Below, piece by piece: positions 1 to 8,890 of a stretch of 64,000 bases of DNA. The notes beneath the pieces were generated by a model, which saw nothing but the letters and a program-made list of their open reading frames with translations, did no database searches and was not told where the DNA came from. A program made the translations under genes and the position numbers. The stretch lies in the NCBI GenBank assembly GCA_027118455.1, contig JAJAYZ010000015.1, positions 3,596 through 67,595 of the forward strand. The letters run 5' to 3'. Source of the DNA: Actinomycetes bacterium (GTDB lineage Bacteria; Actinomycetota; Actinomycetes; JAHEKZ01). Numbering within the stretch: the stretch's first letter is position 1; every line of letters begins with the position of its first letter.

Positions 1-163
1 AGCCGCTGGTTGTCCAGCTGGCCGAGGACTCGGTCTCGCGTCACCGCATCACGGTGTCACAGACGAGCGGACACCCCATCGATATAGGGGTGTGTCCTGG
101 TCCAGAAGGTGGGGATCTGGCCAAGTTCCGGCACGGAAGGCTGCTGTGTGATTCCATTTCATC

Positions 164-1165
164 ATGTCTGATGACGTCTTCTCCCTGGGTGATGTCCTGG
201 CTGCCACCGATCGCCGGCTCGAGGCCGGCCTGACAGCGGCGGCACGAGTCACCCCCACCGGTTTTCATCCGCTCGACACCTACCTAGCTGGTGGGCTCCG
301 AGCTGGCGAACTGACACTGCTCGGTGGTCCGCAGGGGCTCGGCAAGACCACGATGGCGCTGCAGATGCTGCGGAATGTCGTGGTCAGCGGAGGAACCGGG
401 CTCTACTTTTCCTTCGAACATGACCCGGCCACGGTCCTCGAGCGCTTTGTGGCGATCGAGGCGTCATCCAGGTATGGGATCGATGCCGTCCCTCTTCGCC
501 GCATTCGCGAAGCGATGGAGAGCCTCGATGGTCACAGTGGGGGGCTGGCTGATCGTTTGGCAAACACTCCCGGCGGGGGCGAGGCTGTCGACGCCGTCGA
601 GAAGTACGCATCGCGCCTGCACATCCAGCGGGCCAGCGGTGGGGCCACTGATCTGACGACGATCAAAGCAACGGTCAACCAGGTGATCGCTGAGACCGGG
701 TCCGCACCTGTTGTCGTCGTTGACTACTTGCAGAAGGTGCCCGTCCTCGATCGACAGCTCTCCGAGGAAGACAGGATCACCACGGTGGCCCAGGGGCTCA
801 AAGACCTCGCGCTGGAACGCGACGTTGCAGTTTTCGCGGTGGTTGCATCCGACAAGGAGGGTATCGTCAGTGGGCGCCGCATGCGGGTGCACCACCTGCG
901 CGGTGCAGCGGCGTTGGCGTACGAGGCTGATGTCGTTCTGGTGATCAACGACAAGTACGACGTGGTGGCGCGACACCACTTGGTCTTCGATGTCGGAAAC
1001 GCCGAACGCTTCCGTGACTTCATTGTCGTAACCATCGAGAAGAACCGCACGGGGATCGACCGCATCGACTTAGAGTTCCGCAAGCGTTTCGAACAAGGGC
1101 GATTCGAGACCGAGGGTGCACCCGTCGCTGAGCAGTTGGTAGACGAGCGCGTCTTCGTCGAGTAG
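164..1165 (+). CDS. DnaB-like C-terminal (RecA/KaiC-superfamily) ATPase lacking the DnaB N-terminal domain
   Basis: Walker A GGPQGLGKTT, FSFE catalytic Glu, Walker B VVVDYLQ, EADVVLVI, IEKNRTG; begins at TPTGFHPLDTYLAGGL after about 30 aa. Confidence 0.8.
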   Translation: MSDDVFSLGDVLAATDRRLEAGLTAAARVTPTGFHPLDTYLAGGLRAGELTLLGGPQGLGKTTMALQMLRNVVVSGGTGLYFSFEHDPATVLERFVAIEASSRYGIDAVPLRRIREAMESLDGHSGGLADRLANTPGGGEAVDAVEKYASRLHIQRASGGATDLTTIKATVNQVIAETGSAPVVVVDYLQKVPVLDRQLSEEDRITTVAQGLKDLALERDVAVFAVVASDKEGIVSGRRMRVHHLRGAAALAYEADVVLVINDKYDVVARHHLVFDVGNAERFRDFIVVTIEKNRTGIDRIDLEFRKRFEQGRFETEGAPVAEQLVDERVFVE

Positions 1166-1167
1166 CG

Positions 1168-2451
1168 CTAGGCGGTAGGCGTCTGGTCCTGGTTCAAGTG
1201 CTCGGCGAGTAGTCGCGCGAGCGTGCGGAGATCCACGGCTTGCTCGATTAGCGGCCCTGCCTCGTCAGCCAAGTCGACGAGGGATGACAGAGAGCGTTCG
1301 GTGAAAGGCTCCGAGCCGTCACGCGAGAGAATGAGTACCGCTCGCACAATTGGAACGGGGACGGCCATCAGGTGGTTTCGACTTGCGAGTGGGGTCCCGC
1401 GCAAGTCAAGGCGCGCGACGTCACTGTCTTGAATTAGCACTCCCTTTCCTGCCGTCGCAACGTTGTCGACGATCCAGGCCTCGGGCAAGAGCTGCAGCCG
1501 GTGTTCTAGGGGGCGGAGGCCGACACCTGCCGCCACTCGCCACAGTGCGCCATCGGGGACCAGCAGGGCGCCGGCATCAGCGAGACCACGGACGACCGCG
1601 TCCTCAACGATGACTTTGGCGATCTCCTCAAGGGTGTAGTAGCTCTCGGCTTCCTCCAGGAGCCAATGCATCGGGTCACCGGCGCTGAACTCACTGATCG
1701 GTTCCGGCTCGGGTTCGGGGGCGGCTGGCGCGACTGATGGGAGCGGTTCAGAGGGGTCGAGCCGGATGCTCGAGACCGGGTGCTCGTCGGAGGACTTGAG
1801 GGCGCTGTGCTTGTGCAGCTGCGCGCTCCTGGGCTTCCTCGGCGCGTGGGCGGGAACCGGGACGGCCGCGGGTTCGCTCACAAGGAAGGGTTCTGGCGCC
1901 TGCTCTGGCTCGGGTTCCGGGTTGGGCTCGGTGACCAACTCGGGCTCCGGCTCGAGGAGCCGTTCCCGTTCAGGTGACGGAACCGGTGGGGTGGATTCCT
2001 CCTCACGAAGCAGCTCGGGCGCTGGGGCAAGGTCGAGCTCGGGAACGTCTTCCAACAGTGGGTCACTGGGAGCAGCGGTCTTGACCGCGGGAGGGGTGCG
2101 GGGGTGCCGGAGAGCAGCGGCGAGGGCGATCTTCAGACGCTCGGGGTCCAGGGGCAGCGGAAGCAGCTCGACACCGGGGAGGCTGGTGACGCCGGACTCG
2201 CTCCATGCCGGGTCAGACGCCGCCACCAGCAAGACAGGCACCCACCGGCCTTGGGCCCTCAGGTCACCGACCACGCGTTGAGCGTCCTTCGGCGAGCCGA
2301 GATCGAGAACGAGAACGTCGACGCCGACGTCCTCGCCGCCTGCCAACCAGTCATCGAGGCCAGATGGCCGGATCTCCGCAACGCTGTGGTCGCTGGCCGA
2401 GAAGGCCATCGACATGTCCGGGTTGCGCGAAACGAGGGCTACGCGCGCCAT
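1168..2451 (-). CDS. Pseudo-receiver + Pro/Glu-rich linker + GAF-like domain protein, last gene of the Tad operon
   Basis: N-terminal REC-like pattern (RVALVS..VDVLVLDL..VPVLLV..LPLPL), EPEPE linker, C-terminal GAF-like pattern (ADAGALLV..HLMAVPV..VLILSR..EPFT); starts 3 nt after the tadC stop. Confidence 0.65.
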   Translation of the reverse strand: MARVALVSRNPDMSMAFSASDHSVAEIRPSGLDDWLAGGEDVGVDVLVLDLGSPKDAQRVVGDLRAQGRWVPVLLVAASDPAWSESGVTSLPGVELLPLPLDPERLKIALAAALRHPRTPPAVKTAAPSDPLLEDVPELDLAPAPELLREEESTPPVPSPERERLLEPEPELVTEPNPEPEPEQAPEPFLVSEPAAVPVPAHAPRKPRSAQLHKHSALKSSDEHPVSSIRLDPSEPLPSVAPAAPEPEPEPISEFSAGDPMHWLLEEAESYYTLEEIAKVIVEDAVVRGLADAGALLVPDGALWRVAAGVGLRPLEHRLQLLPEAWIVDNVATAGKGVLIQDSDVARLDLRGTPLASRNHLMAVPVPIVRAVLILSRDGSEPFTERSLSSLVDLADEAGPLIEQAVDLRTLARLLAEHLNQDQTPTA

Positions 2452-2454
2452 GGC

Positions 2455-3393
2455 CTACTGCCCGACGACTATCGCGTCGTAGATGTTGATAGCGGCCGGC
2501 CCCAACACCACGATGAACAGACACGGCAGGATGCAGAAGATCAACGGGAAGAGGATCTTGACCGGCACCTTCTGAGCCTTCTCCTCCGCGCGTTGTGAGC
2601 GCTTGATGCGCATCTCTCTGGCCTGAATTCGCAGAACGTTGGCGATTGGGATACCAAAAGCGTCTGCCTGGATCATGGCGGTCACGAATCCTTGCAGCTC
2701 TTCGACGTCAGTGCGCTCGCCGAGTGCCCGCATGGCTTCGCTGCGTCCCATTCCGATCTGCATCTCTTGCAGGACACGGAAGAACTCCTCAGCGAGGGGT
2801 CCGTGCGTGTTTCGCGCCACCTGAGAAACGGCGGCGTCGAAGGCAAGCCCGGCCTCGACGCTGATCGTCAGGAGGTCGAGGGCATCGGGAAGATCCTTGA
2901 GAATCTGATCGCTCCGGTTGTAGGCGGCCTGGTGCAGGGCCATGTTCGGCGCATAGAAGCCAGCCAGCGTGAAGCCGATCGCGCAAGCAAGCGTTGGTAG
3001 AAACCCGCCGATGAGCGCCCCAAAGAGCAGTCCAACGATCAGTCCGGCGAAGAGTCCAAGAACCTTGAAGGCGATGACCCGGTCGACGTTCCAGTTGGGC
3101 GGGTTACCAGCCAGATCGAGTTTCCGCTTGATCCGATCGGTCTGGTCTCCCGCGGTGAACCGATGGCCGAGCCCGGTAAGACTTCCCATGGCTGGGGCTA
3201 AGACGCGGTCGCCAAAGGGCCTGTCCAGTTCGGCCCTCATCTGATCGGGCGCGGTGTCTATCGCCCGAACGGCTGCCAGTGAGCGATTGACGGCCTGGCG
3301 TTCTGACGTGATGGTGCCGATGGTGGTCAGCAAAATGACGATCGCCACGAAGACGGCGATAAGCCCAAGCGCAAGCACGAGTTCGGGCGCCAT
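2455..3393 (-). CDS. tadC: Tad pilus platform protein TadC (T2SS F family)
   Basis: LPDALDLLTISVEAGL, RAEEKAQKVPVKILFPL motifs; transmembrane segments; operon context. Confidence 0.9.
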   Translation of the reverse strand: MAPELVLALGLIAVFVAIVILLTTIGTITSERQAVNRSLAAVRAIDTAPDQMRAELDRPFGDRVLAPAMGSLTGLGHRFTAGDQTDRIKRKLDLAGNPPNWNVDRVIAFKVLGLFAGLIVGLLFGALIGGFLPTLACAIGFTLAGFYAPNMALHQAAYNRSDQILKDLPDALDLLTISVEAGLAFDAAVSQVARNTHGPLAEEFFRVLQEMQIGMGRSEAMRALGERTDVEELQGFVTAMIQADAFGIPIANVLRIQAREMRIKRSQRAEEKAQKVPVKILFPLIFCILPCLFIVVLGPAAINIYDAIVVGQ

Positions 3394-3394
3394 T

Positions 3395-5347
3395 TCAGAC
3401 CTCCACCTTCACGACTTTGCGGAGCCACAATCCACCGACGGTCAGCAGGACCACGCCCGTGCCCAGCAACAGCCAGCCGAACGCGGTGGTGATCAGAGGC
3501 TGAAGGTACTCAGGACGAACGAGCACGAGGTAGAGCGCGAAGACCACGGGCAACAGTCCGAGGATCCACGCTGACAACCGACCTTCGGCTGACAAGACCT
3601 GTACTTGGCGACGAAGCCGCTCACGTTCACGAAGCGTTGCCGACACTGTCGTCAGCACCTCGGCGAGGTTTCCGCCGACCTCGCGCTGGATGCGGATGGC
3701 CATGACCACCCATTCAAAGTCGACGCTCTGCATTCGCTGGGCGATCCCGTCGAGGGCATCTTCAAGGTCGACGCCCAACCGTGTCTCGACGAGTGCACGG
3801 TTGAACTCCGTCGAAATCGGGGGCTTACCCTCGCGGACCACAGTGTCGATCGCCTGTGGCATCGAGTATCCCGCCGAGAGGCTGCCAGCCATGAGCTGCA
3901 GGGTATCGGGAAGGGCGGCCATGAAGTCCTTGCGCCGCTTGCCAGCCTTGTACGACAGATACGTCCAAGGAAGCACAAGGCCGAGGACCAGGGCTACCAG
4001 CGTCATCAGTATTCGGCCGTTGGTCAGCAGGAAGGCAACGAGGCCAGCCCCTAGCATGATTCCGACGTGAATCAGAAGCCACTCGGCTGGCTTGAGCGGG
4101 ACCGCTGCCGACTCGAGTTTGGCACCCAACGTCGACTCAAAGTCTCGGTGGGCGACCACGCGGCCGGCGAACTCGACCGCACTTCTGGCTACCTTGGTGT
4201 CGCCGAGGACCGTCGTCTCCTGCTCCTTGACGGGCGCCTTTCCACCGAGCGTGTAGATCGACAGGCGGCGCCGGACGCCGCCCCCTCGGCCGCGCTCAGG
4301 ATCGGTGCCGGCTGAGATGGCCACGTAGACCAGGATCAGCAGGGCCACGAAGAGCGCACCGATGGCAACCCAGATCAGGTTGTCAGCGACATTTGCAATC
4401 GGTCCGGGCTCAGGTGCAAGGGAAGGGGTCGGAACGTTGTTGGATCCGTCCCCGCCGGTATCACCGAGTACCACCTGTGCTTCGTCGGTGAGGGGAACGC
4501 CGTCGACCGGGATGGTCGCCGACAGCGTGCCGGAGGTCTGGGTGTAGCCATCTGGCAGGTCTGCAGTGATGAGGAACCGGTTGGACAGGGTGTTTGCTGC
4601 TTGGTCGAACGCCTCGATCAACTGATCGGTGTCCGCTGCTTGGTAGACCGTTCCCTCGGTTGCCCCGGCAATATCGGTGAGTGCTGCGACCTGTTCGGTG
4701 CTGTCGCCGAATGAGACCACATCAAACCGTGCATCAGACTGCTTGGCGGCCTTGGTTGCTTCTGCCAGCGTGGCCGAGCTGCCTCGGTCGGCGCCGTCGG
4801 AGAGCAACAGGGCAGAGCCGACGTCAGCCGACGACAACTCGTCGGCGGCCAGGGCGACAGCGTCGTACAGCACCGTCTGCGGCGCGGTCGTCAATCCGTC
4901 GATGGTATCCAGCAGGTTGACTCGGTTGGTGGTCGGAGCGACCTGAAGCTCGGCAACGTTGGCGAAGGTCACGAGGCCGATCTCCACCTCGCTGGGGACG
5001 GCGCTGACGAACTGCCGTGCAGCGTCCTTGGCGGCTGTGAGCTTGTCTCCAGCCATGGAATCGCTGGTGTCCATGACTAGCAGCGCCGTTTGGGTGACGT
5101 CGCTGGCATCCGACAGTGACTGAACATCGGGGTTCAGGGCCTGCCCCTCGAGCGACGCACTGGCGTTGCCCGTGTCAATCGAGGCATCGGCGGGAATGCC
5201 GTCCAAGGTGACAACGAAGCTCACCTGCCCGTCGGCGACATCGACCTCGCCGATCGTCGAACTCTCGGCGGCGAAGGCCGACCCAGGAGTGGCAAGCAGG
5301 AGCAGCGCGGCTGCTGCGGCGCCGGTGATGATCCGACGCACGCTCAT
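3395..5347 (-). CDS. tadB: VWA domain fused to TadB (T2SS F family)
   Basis: Signal peptide (AFA|AE), MIDAS DTSDS, LLLSDG, then LPDTLQLMAGSLSAG and QREVGGNLAEVL TadB motifs. Confidence 0.9.
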   Translation of the reverse strand: MSVRRIITGAAAAALLLLATPGSAFAAESSTIGEVDVADGQVSFVVTLDGIPADASIDTGNASASLEGQALNPDVQSLSDASDVTQTALLVMDTSDSMAGDKLTAAKDAARQFVSAVPSEVEIGLVTFANVAELQVAPTTNRVNLLDTIDGLTTAPQTVLYDAVALAADELSSADVGSALLLSDGADRGSSATLAEATKAAKQSDARFDVVSFGDSTEQVAALTDIAGATEGTVYQAADTDQLIEAFDQAANTLSNRFLITADLPDGYTQTSGTLSATIPVDGVPLTDEAQVVLGDTGGDGSNNVPTPSLAPEPGPIANVADNLIWVAIGALFVALLILVYVAISAGTDPERGRGGGVRRRLSIYTLGGKAPVKEQETTVLGDTKVARSAVEFAGRVVAHRDFESTLGAKLESAAVPLKPAEWLLIHVGIMLGAGLVAFLLTNGRILMTLVALVLGLVLPWTYLSYKAGKRRKDFMAALPDTLQLMAGSLSAGYSMPQAIDTVVREGKPPISTEFNRALVETRLGVDLEDALDGIAQRMQSVDFEWVVMAIRIQREVGGNLAEVLTTVSATLRERERLRRQVQVLSAEGRLSAWILGLLPVVFALYLVLVRPEYLQPLITTAFGWLLLGTGVVLLTVGGLWLRKVVKVEV

Positions 5348-6735
5348 CGCCCCGCGAACTTCTCGAACGCGAAGATCGACGCGTCTACCTGCACGCCACC
5401 TGCCGCGAGCTTGTCGAGGAACTTGGGGCGCAGCCCGGTGGACTTCAGGGCGCCGAGTGAGCGCCCGTTGTCGTCAAAGCCGGACCCGTGATCGAAGAGG
5501 AAGAGATCCTGGAGGGTGATGACGTCACCCTCCATACCGACGACTTCGGTGACATGTGTGATGTGACGCGTGCCGTCCTTGAACCGAGTTTGCTGCACGA
5601 CGACGTCGATGGCGCTGGAGACCTGTTCACGAATCGCCCGCACTGGCAGGTCGATCCCCGCCATGAGCACCATGGTCTCGACACGGGCGAGCACATCGCG
5701 GGGAGTGTTGGCGTGGACCGTGCAGATCGAGCCGTCGTGCCCGGTGTTCATGGCCTGGAGCATGTCGAGAGCTGCAGCGTCACGGACCTCACCAACGACG
5801 ATTCGGTCGGGGCGCATACGCAGGGCATTGCGGACGAGGTCGCGGACCTTGACCTCACCCCGACCTTCGATGTTGGGTGGGCGAGCCTCGAGGCGAAGCA
5901 CGTGGTCCTGGTGCAGTTGAAGCTCTGCGGCATCTTCAATGGTCACGATGCGCTCATCTTCTGGGATGAAGGAGGAGAGCACGTTGAGTGTGGTGGTCTT
6001 CCCTGCGCCGGTTCCACCGGAGACCAAGATATTGAGCTTGCCGCGGACGCAGGCGTCCAAGAAGTCGGCAACTGTCCGCGTGACGGTTCCGAAGCCGATG
6101 AGATCCTCGATGCGGTACGGGTCAGCCGCGAACTTACGGATGGTGAGGAGTGAGCCGTCGAGAGCGAGTGGCGGGACGACGGCGTTGACGCGGCTGCCGT
6201 CGGGCAGGCGCGCATCAACCATGGGGCTTGACTCGTCAACGCGTCGGCCGACTCTGGCGACGATCTTGTCGATCGTGCGGCGCAGGTGGTTCTCGTCGGT
6301 GAACTCGCCCTCAGTCTTGTAGATGCGGCCGGCACGCTCGATCCAGATGTCAGAGCTGCCGTTGACCATAACCTCGGTGATGTCCGGGTCACGCAGGTAC
6401 GGCTCGAGCGGCCCGTAGCCGAGGATGTCATCGGCAATCTCTTGCGAGAGGCGGGCTCGGTCGGGGGTGGTCAGCGGGGTGTCCTCCTGGCTGAGCACCT
6501 CCTGCAGCGTTTGTCGCACCTTCTGCTCGAGCTCACTTTGGGTCTGGCGTGAGTCGTAGAGTTTTGGGCCGAGGTTGTCCAGAAGTGCCTGATGAACCTG
6601 GCGCTTGAGATCGGCGAACGGGTCGCTCGTCTTGCGCTTGGCTGCCGGTTTTCCGGTGAGAGTGTCGTCGGCCTCGACGTGTTCGGTCGGCGCCTTCTGT
6701 CGGCGCGCTTCAGCGAGGCGATCTGCCAGACTCAT
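5344..6735 (-). CDS. cpaF: Tad pilus assembly ATPase CpaF/TadA
   Basis: [39 protein letters not shown]. Confidence 0.95.
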   Translation of the reverse strand: MSLADRLAEARRQKAPTEHVEADDTLTGKPAAKRKTSDPFADLKRQVHQALLDNLGPKLYDSRQTQSELEQKVRQTLQEVLSQEDTPLTTPDRARLSQEIADDILGYGPLEPYLRDPDITEVMVNGSSDIWIERAGRIYKTEGEFTDENHLRRTIDKIVARVGRRVDESSPMVDARLPDGSRVNAVVPPLALDGSLLTIRKFAADPYRIEDLIGFGTVTRTVADFLDACVRGKLNILVSGGTGAGKTTTLNVLSSFIPEDERIVTIEDAAELQLHQDHVLRLEARPPNIEGRGEVKVRDLVRNALRMRPDRIVVGEVRDAAALDMLQAMNTGHDGSICTVHANTPRDVLARVETMVLMAGIDLPVRAIREQVSSAIDVVVQQTRFKDGTRHITHVTEVVGMEGDVITLQDLFLFDHGSGFDDNGRSLGALKSTGLRPKFLDKLAAGGVQVDASIFAFEKFAGR

Positions 6736-7943
6736 GAGGTCTTGGCCTTCCTGCGTAGGAGACCGCGGCGATCACTGCGGAGCTCGGGCGGGATGGATGA
6801 GTCGGTGTGGTGGCCGGTCAGGACGAACTTCTCGGCGAACTGCCGGATCGCCACGCTGACCGGGTGCTTGGGGTTGTCGTAGATGATCGGCACACCACGG
6901 TTGATGGCTGCCGGAACATCTCTCGAACTGGGTATCTGGATCGAGATCGGCACCCGAAGGGTCTTCTCAACCTCGTTGAGGGCGAGCCCCACTTTGGAGT
7001 CTGAGCGGTTGAGGACCACTGCCCACTTCTCCCGCGGGAAGTTGATCTCTTCGAGTGTTTCCAGCGTCAGTTTGAGGTTTTTCAGAGCCGGGATGTCCAA
7101 CGTGGCAATCAACGCGATCAGGTCGCTCTGGTCGAGTGCCTCGAGTACCTGTTCGTCAAAGGCCGGGGGAGTGTCGACCACGACGTAGTCGAACTCCTGC
7201 CGCAGGATGTTCAAGATCTGACGCACCAAGTCTGCGGTGATCCCGCGGTTCGAGCCTGGGTCGAGTGGGGCGACCAAGGTGAACAGCCCGGGCATGTTGC
7301 TGTGCGGGGTGAGGAGAGCCTGCACCGAACCGGAGTCGATTCCGTCGCCTAGAGCGACGGCGTCGGCGATGGTGTGCGCGGGGAAGAGCTGAAGTGCGAT
7401 GGCGACGTCCCCGAACGAGAGATCGAGGTCGACGAGGCAGACTCGGTTGCGGCCACCCTCGGTGAGTGCGACAGCAAGGTTGGTCGACAGCGTTGTCTTG
7501 CCGCAGCCACCTTTGGCCGAGAAGACCGTGACCAAGATGCCGTGGTCGAGGTCGTCCTCGGGAAGCGAAGCCCCTGGCACCGTCTCGCGCATGGACTGCG
7601 CCAGTGCTTTGACCCGTGCGACCGCCGCATTGATACCGGGGAGGTCGCGCTCCTCGACGACCTCGCGAACGCCAGCGCGCAGGGCGTCGGCGAGCACCGA
7701 GGTGTCCACCCTGCGGCGCACCAGGACCACACCCAGGCTCGAGCGAGTGAGCCGCATGGCGGACGCGAGATCCAGTGCGCTTTCGAGGTCGACTGAACCT
7801 CCGACCACGACGGCGTCCTCACCGAGGTGGGTGTCAAGGTGTCTCCGCAGCGCGTCAACGGTGGGGATGACCACCGTTTCCGCACCAAGGGCCGAGCGGA
7901 GGGTTTCCGCGGCGCTTGGGTCGTAGTCGAGGATCGCGGTCAT
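6732..7943 (-). CDS. cpaE: CpaE/TadZ pilus localisation protein (receiver-like + MinD/ParA ATPase)
   Basis: ALRAGVREVV receiver tail, FSAKGGCGKTT, VDLDLSFGD, VVVDTPP. Confidence 0.9.
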   Translation of the reverse strand: MTAILDYDPSAAETLRSALGAETVVIPTVDALRRHLDTHLGEDAVVVGGSVDLESALDLASAMRLTRSSLGVVLVRRRVDTSVLADALRAGVREVVEERDLPGINAAVARVKALAQSMRETVPGASLPEDDLDHGILVTVFSAKGGCGKTTLSTNLAVALTEGGRNRVCLVDLDLSFGDVAIALQLFPAHTIADAVALGDGIDSGSVQALLTPHSNMPGLFTLVAPLDPGSNRGITADLVRQILNILRQEFDYVVVDTPPAFDEQVLEALDQSDLIALIATLDIPALKNLKLTLETLEEINFPREKWAVVLNRSDSKVGLALNEVEKTLRVPISIQIPSSRDVPAAINRGVPIIYDNPKHPVSVAIRQFAEKFVLTGHHTDSSIPPELRSDRRGLLRRKAKTS

Positions 7944-8659
7944 TAGCGCCTCAGGTCCTGCGGTGTCGTAATGACGCCGGTGCGCGTGGTGGTGCCAGGT
8001 CCGAGCAGGCCGAAGTAGAGGGCGCCATTCGCCTGACCGTTGATGATCCGCTGAGCCTGATTCTGGTCGGTCTCAAGAGTCAGGATCGTCTGCGGAATCT
8101 CCTCGGTAGTCGACCCGCCCGTCTGGTCGGTCGTCACCTGCGTGCTCAGAGTGGTGGCACCGGTGGCGAGCACCTCGACCTTCGGAATGATGACCATGGT
8201 GTCGGTGTTATCGGTCCAGAAGATGGTGACGTCCGAGCCCGGTGCCACGAAGCCCGCGACTCGTTCGGGGTCGCCGAGCTGGACCGACATCGCCAACTTG
8301 TCCTTGGGAACGCTAAGGCCCGACGCGGCGGCTCCCGGTGGCCCGAACATCTGCGCCAAGATCTGTTGCCCCGGGAAGATCGGGGCCAACGCCACCTGGT
8401 CGGAGATGATCGTGATGTCGGACAGCACGCCTTGTGGAGCGGCCGAGGCAGGCACCGTCTGGATCTCGAAGGCACCGTCGTTCGACGCGTCAGTTGCGTT
8501 GGTGCCCGCGGCGACCTGTTGCGTCGCGACCAGCACGTCGACTGGCGCAGCGTCAGCCTGCGCTCGGTCGTCGGCGTTCGTGACGTACACGAAGATGAGC
8601 ACCGTGCCGAGCGCGGCAACCACCAGAGCGGCAATGAGCAAAAGTGTTCTACGTCCCAT
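7943..8659 (-). CDS. cpaB: Flp pilus assembly protein CpaB/RcpC
   Basis: N-terminal TM, SAF-like VLVATQQVAAGT, VAGFVAPGSDV; start moved to ATG at 8659 (MGRRTLL). Confidence 0.9.
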   Translation of the reverse strand: MGRRTLLLIAALVVAALGTVLIFVYVTNADDRAQADAAPVDVLVATQQVAAGTNATDASNDGAFEIQTVPASAAPQGVLSDITIISDQVALAPIFPGQQILAQMFGPPGAAASGLSVPKDKLAMSVQLGDPERVAGFVAPGSDVTIFWTDNTDTMVIIPKVEVLATGATTLSTQVTTDQTGGSTTEEIPQTILTLETDQNQAQRIINGQANGALYFGLLGPGTTTRTGVITTPQDLRR

Positions 8660-8721
8660 ACGACCTCTATCGGAGTGTGGAGCCCACGGTTGAGGGAACA
8701 AGGCGGACAATTTCCAACACA

Positions 8722-8757
8722 GCGACAACGAAGGCGTCGTGACGCCTTAGTTGTCGC
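8722..8757. promoter_or_regulatory. 36-bp near-perfect inverted repeat upstream of the Tad operon
   Basis: gcgacaac-g-aaggcgtc-gt-gacgcctt-a-gttgtcgc; 16 of 17 positions pair. Confidence 0.55.
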
Positions 8758-8890
8758 ATGGCTAGTCCCCGAGTTCGCAGAGTTCCCCTAGGCGACATCT
8801 GCCGCTATGACCGAATCGTGCCATGCGCGTTGTTCGTTACGTCGGGGGCATGCCAACTTGTACCTAGTAGTTAATGACTAGTTCTCACGC

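Noticed and set aside
1-44. Possible 5' end of a minus-strand gene (GTG ACG CGA GAC..., VTRDRVLGQLDNQR)
   Set aside because: Too short to support; runs off the window
164-1165. Calling this the replicative helicase dnaB or a prophage gene
   Set aside because: No N-terminal domain, altered motifs and no phage genes nearby
1700-1960. Repetitive GGCTCGGGTTCC-type sequence
   Set aside because: Encodes the EPEPE protein linker; not a DNA element
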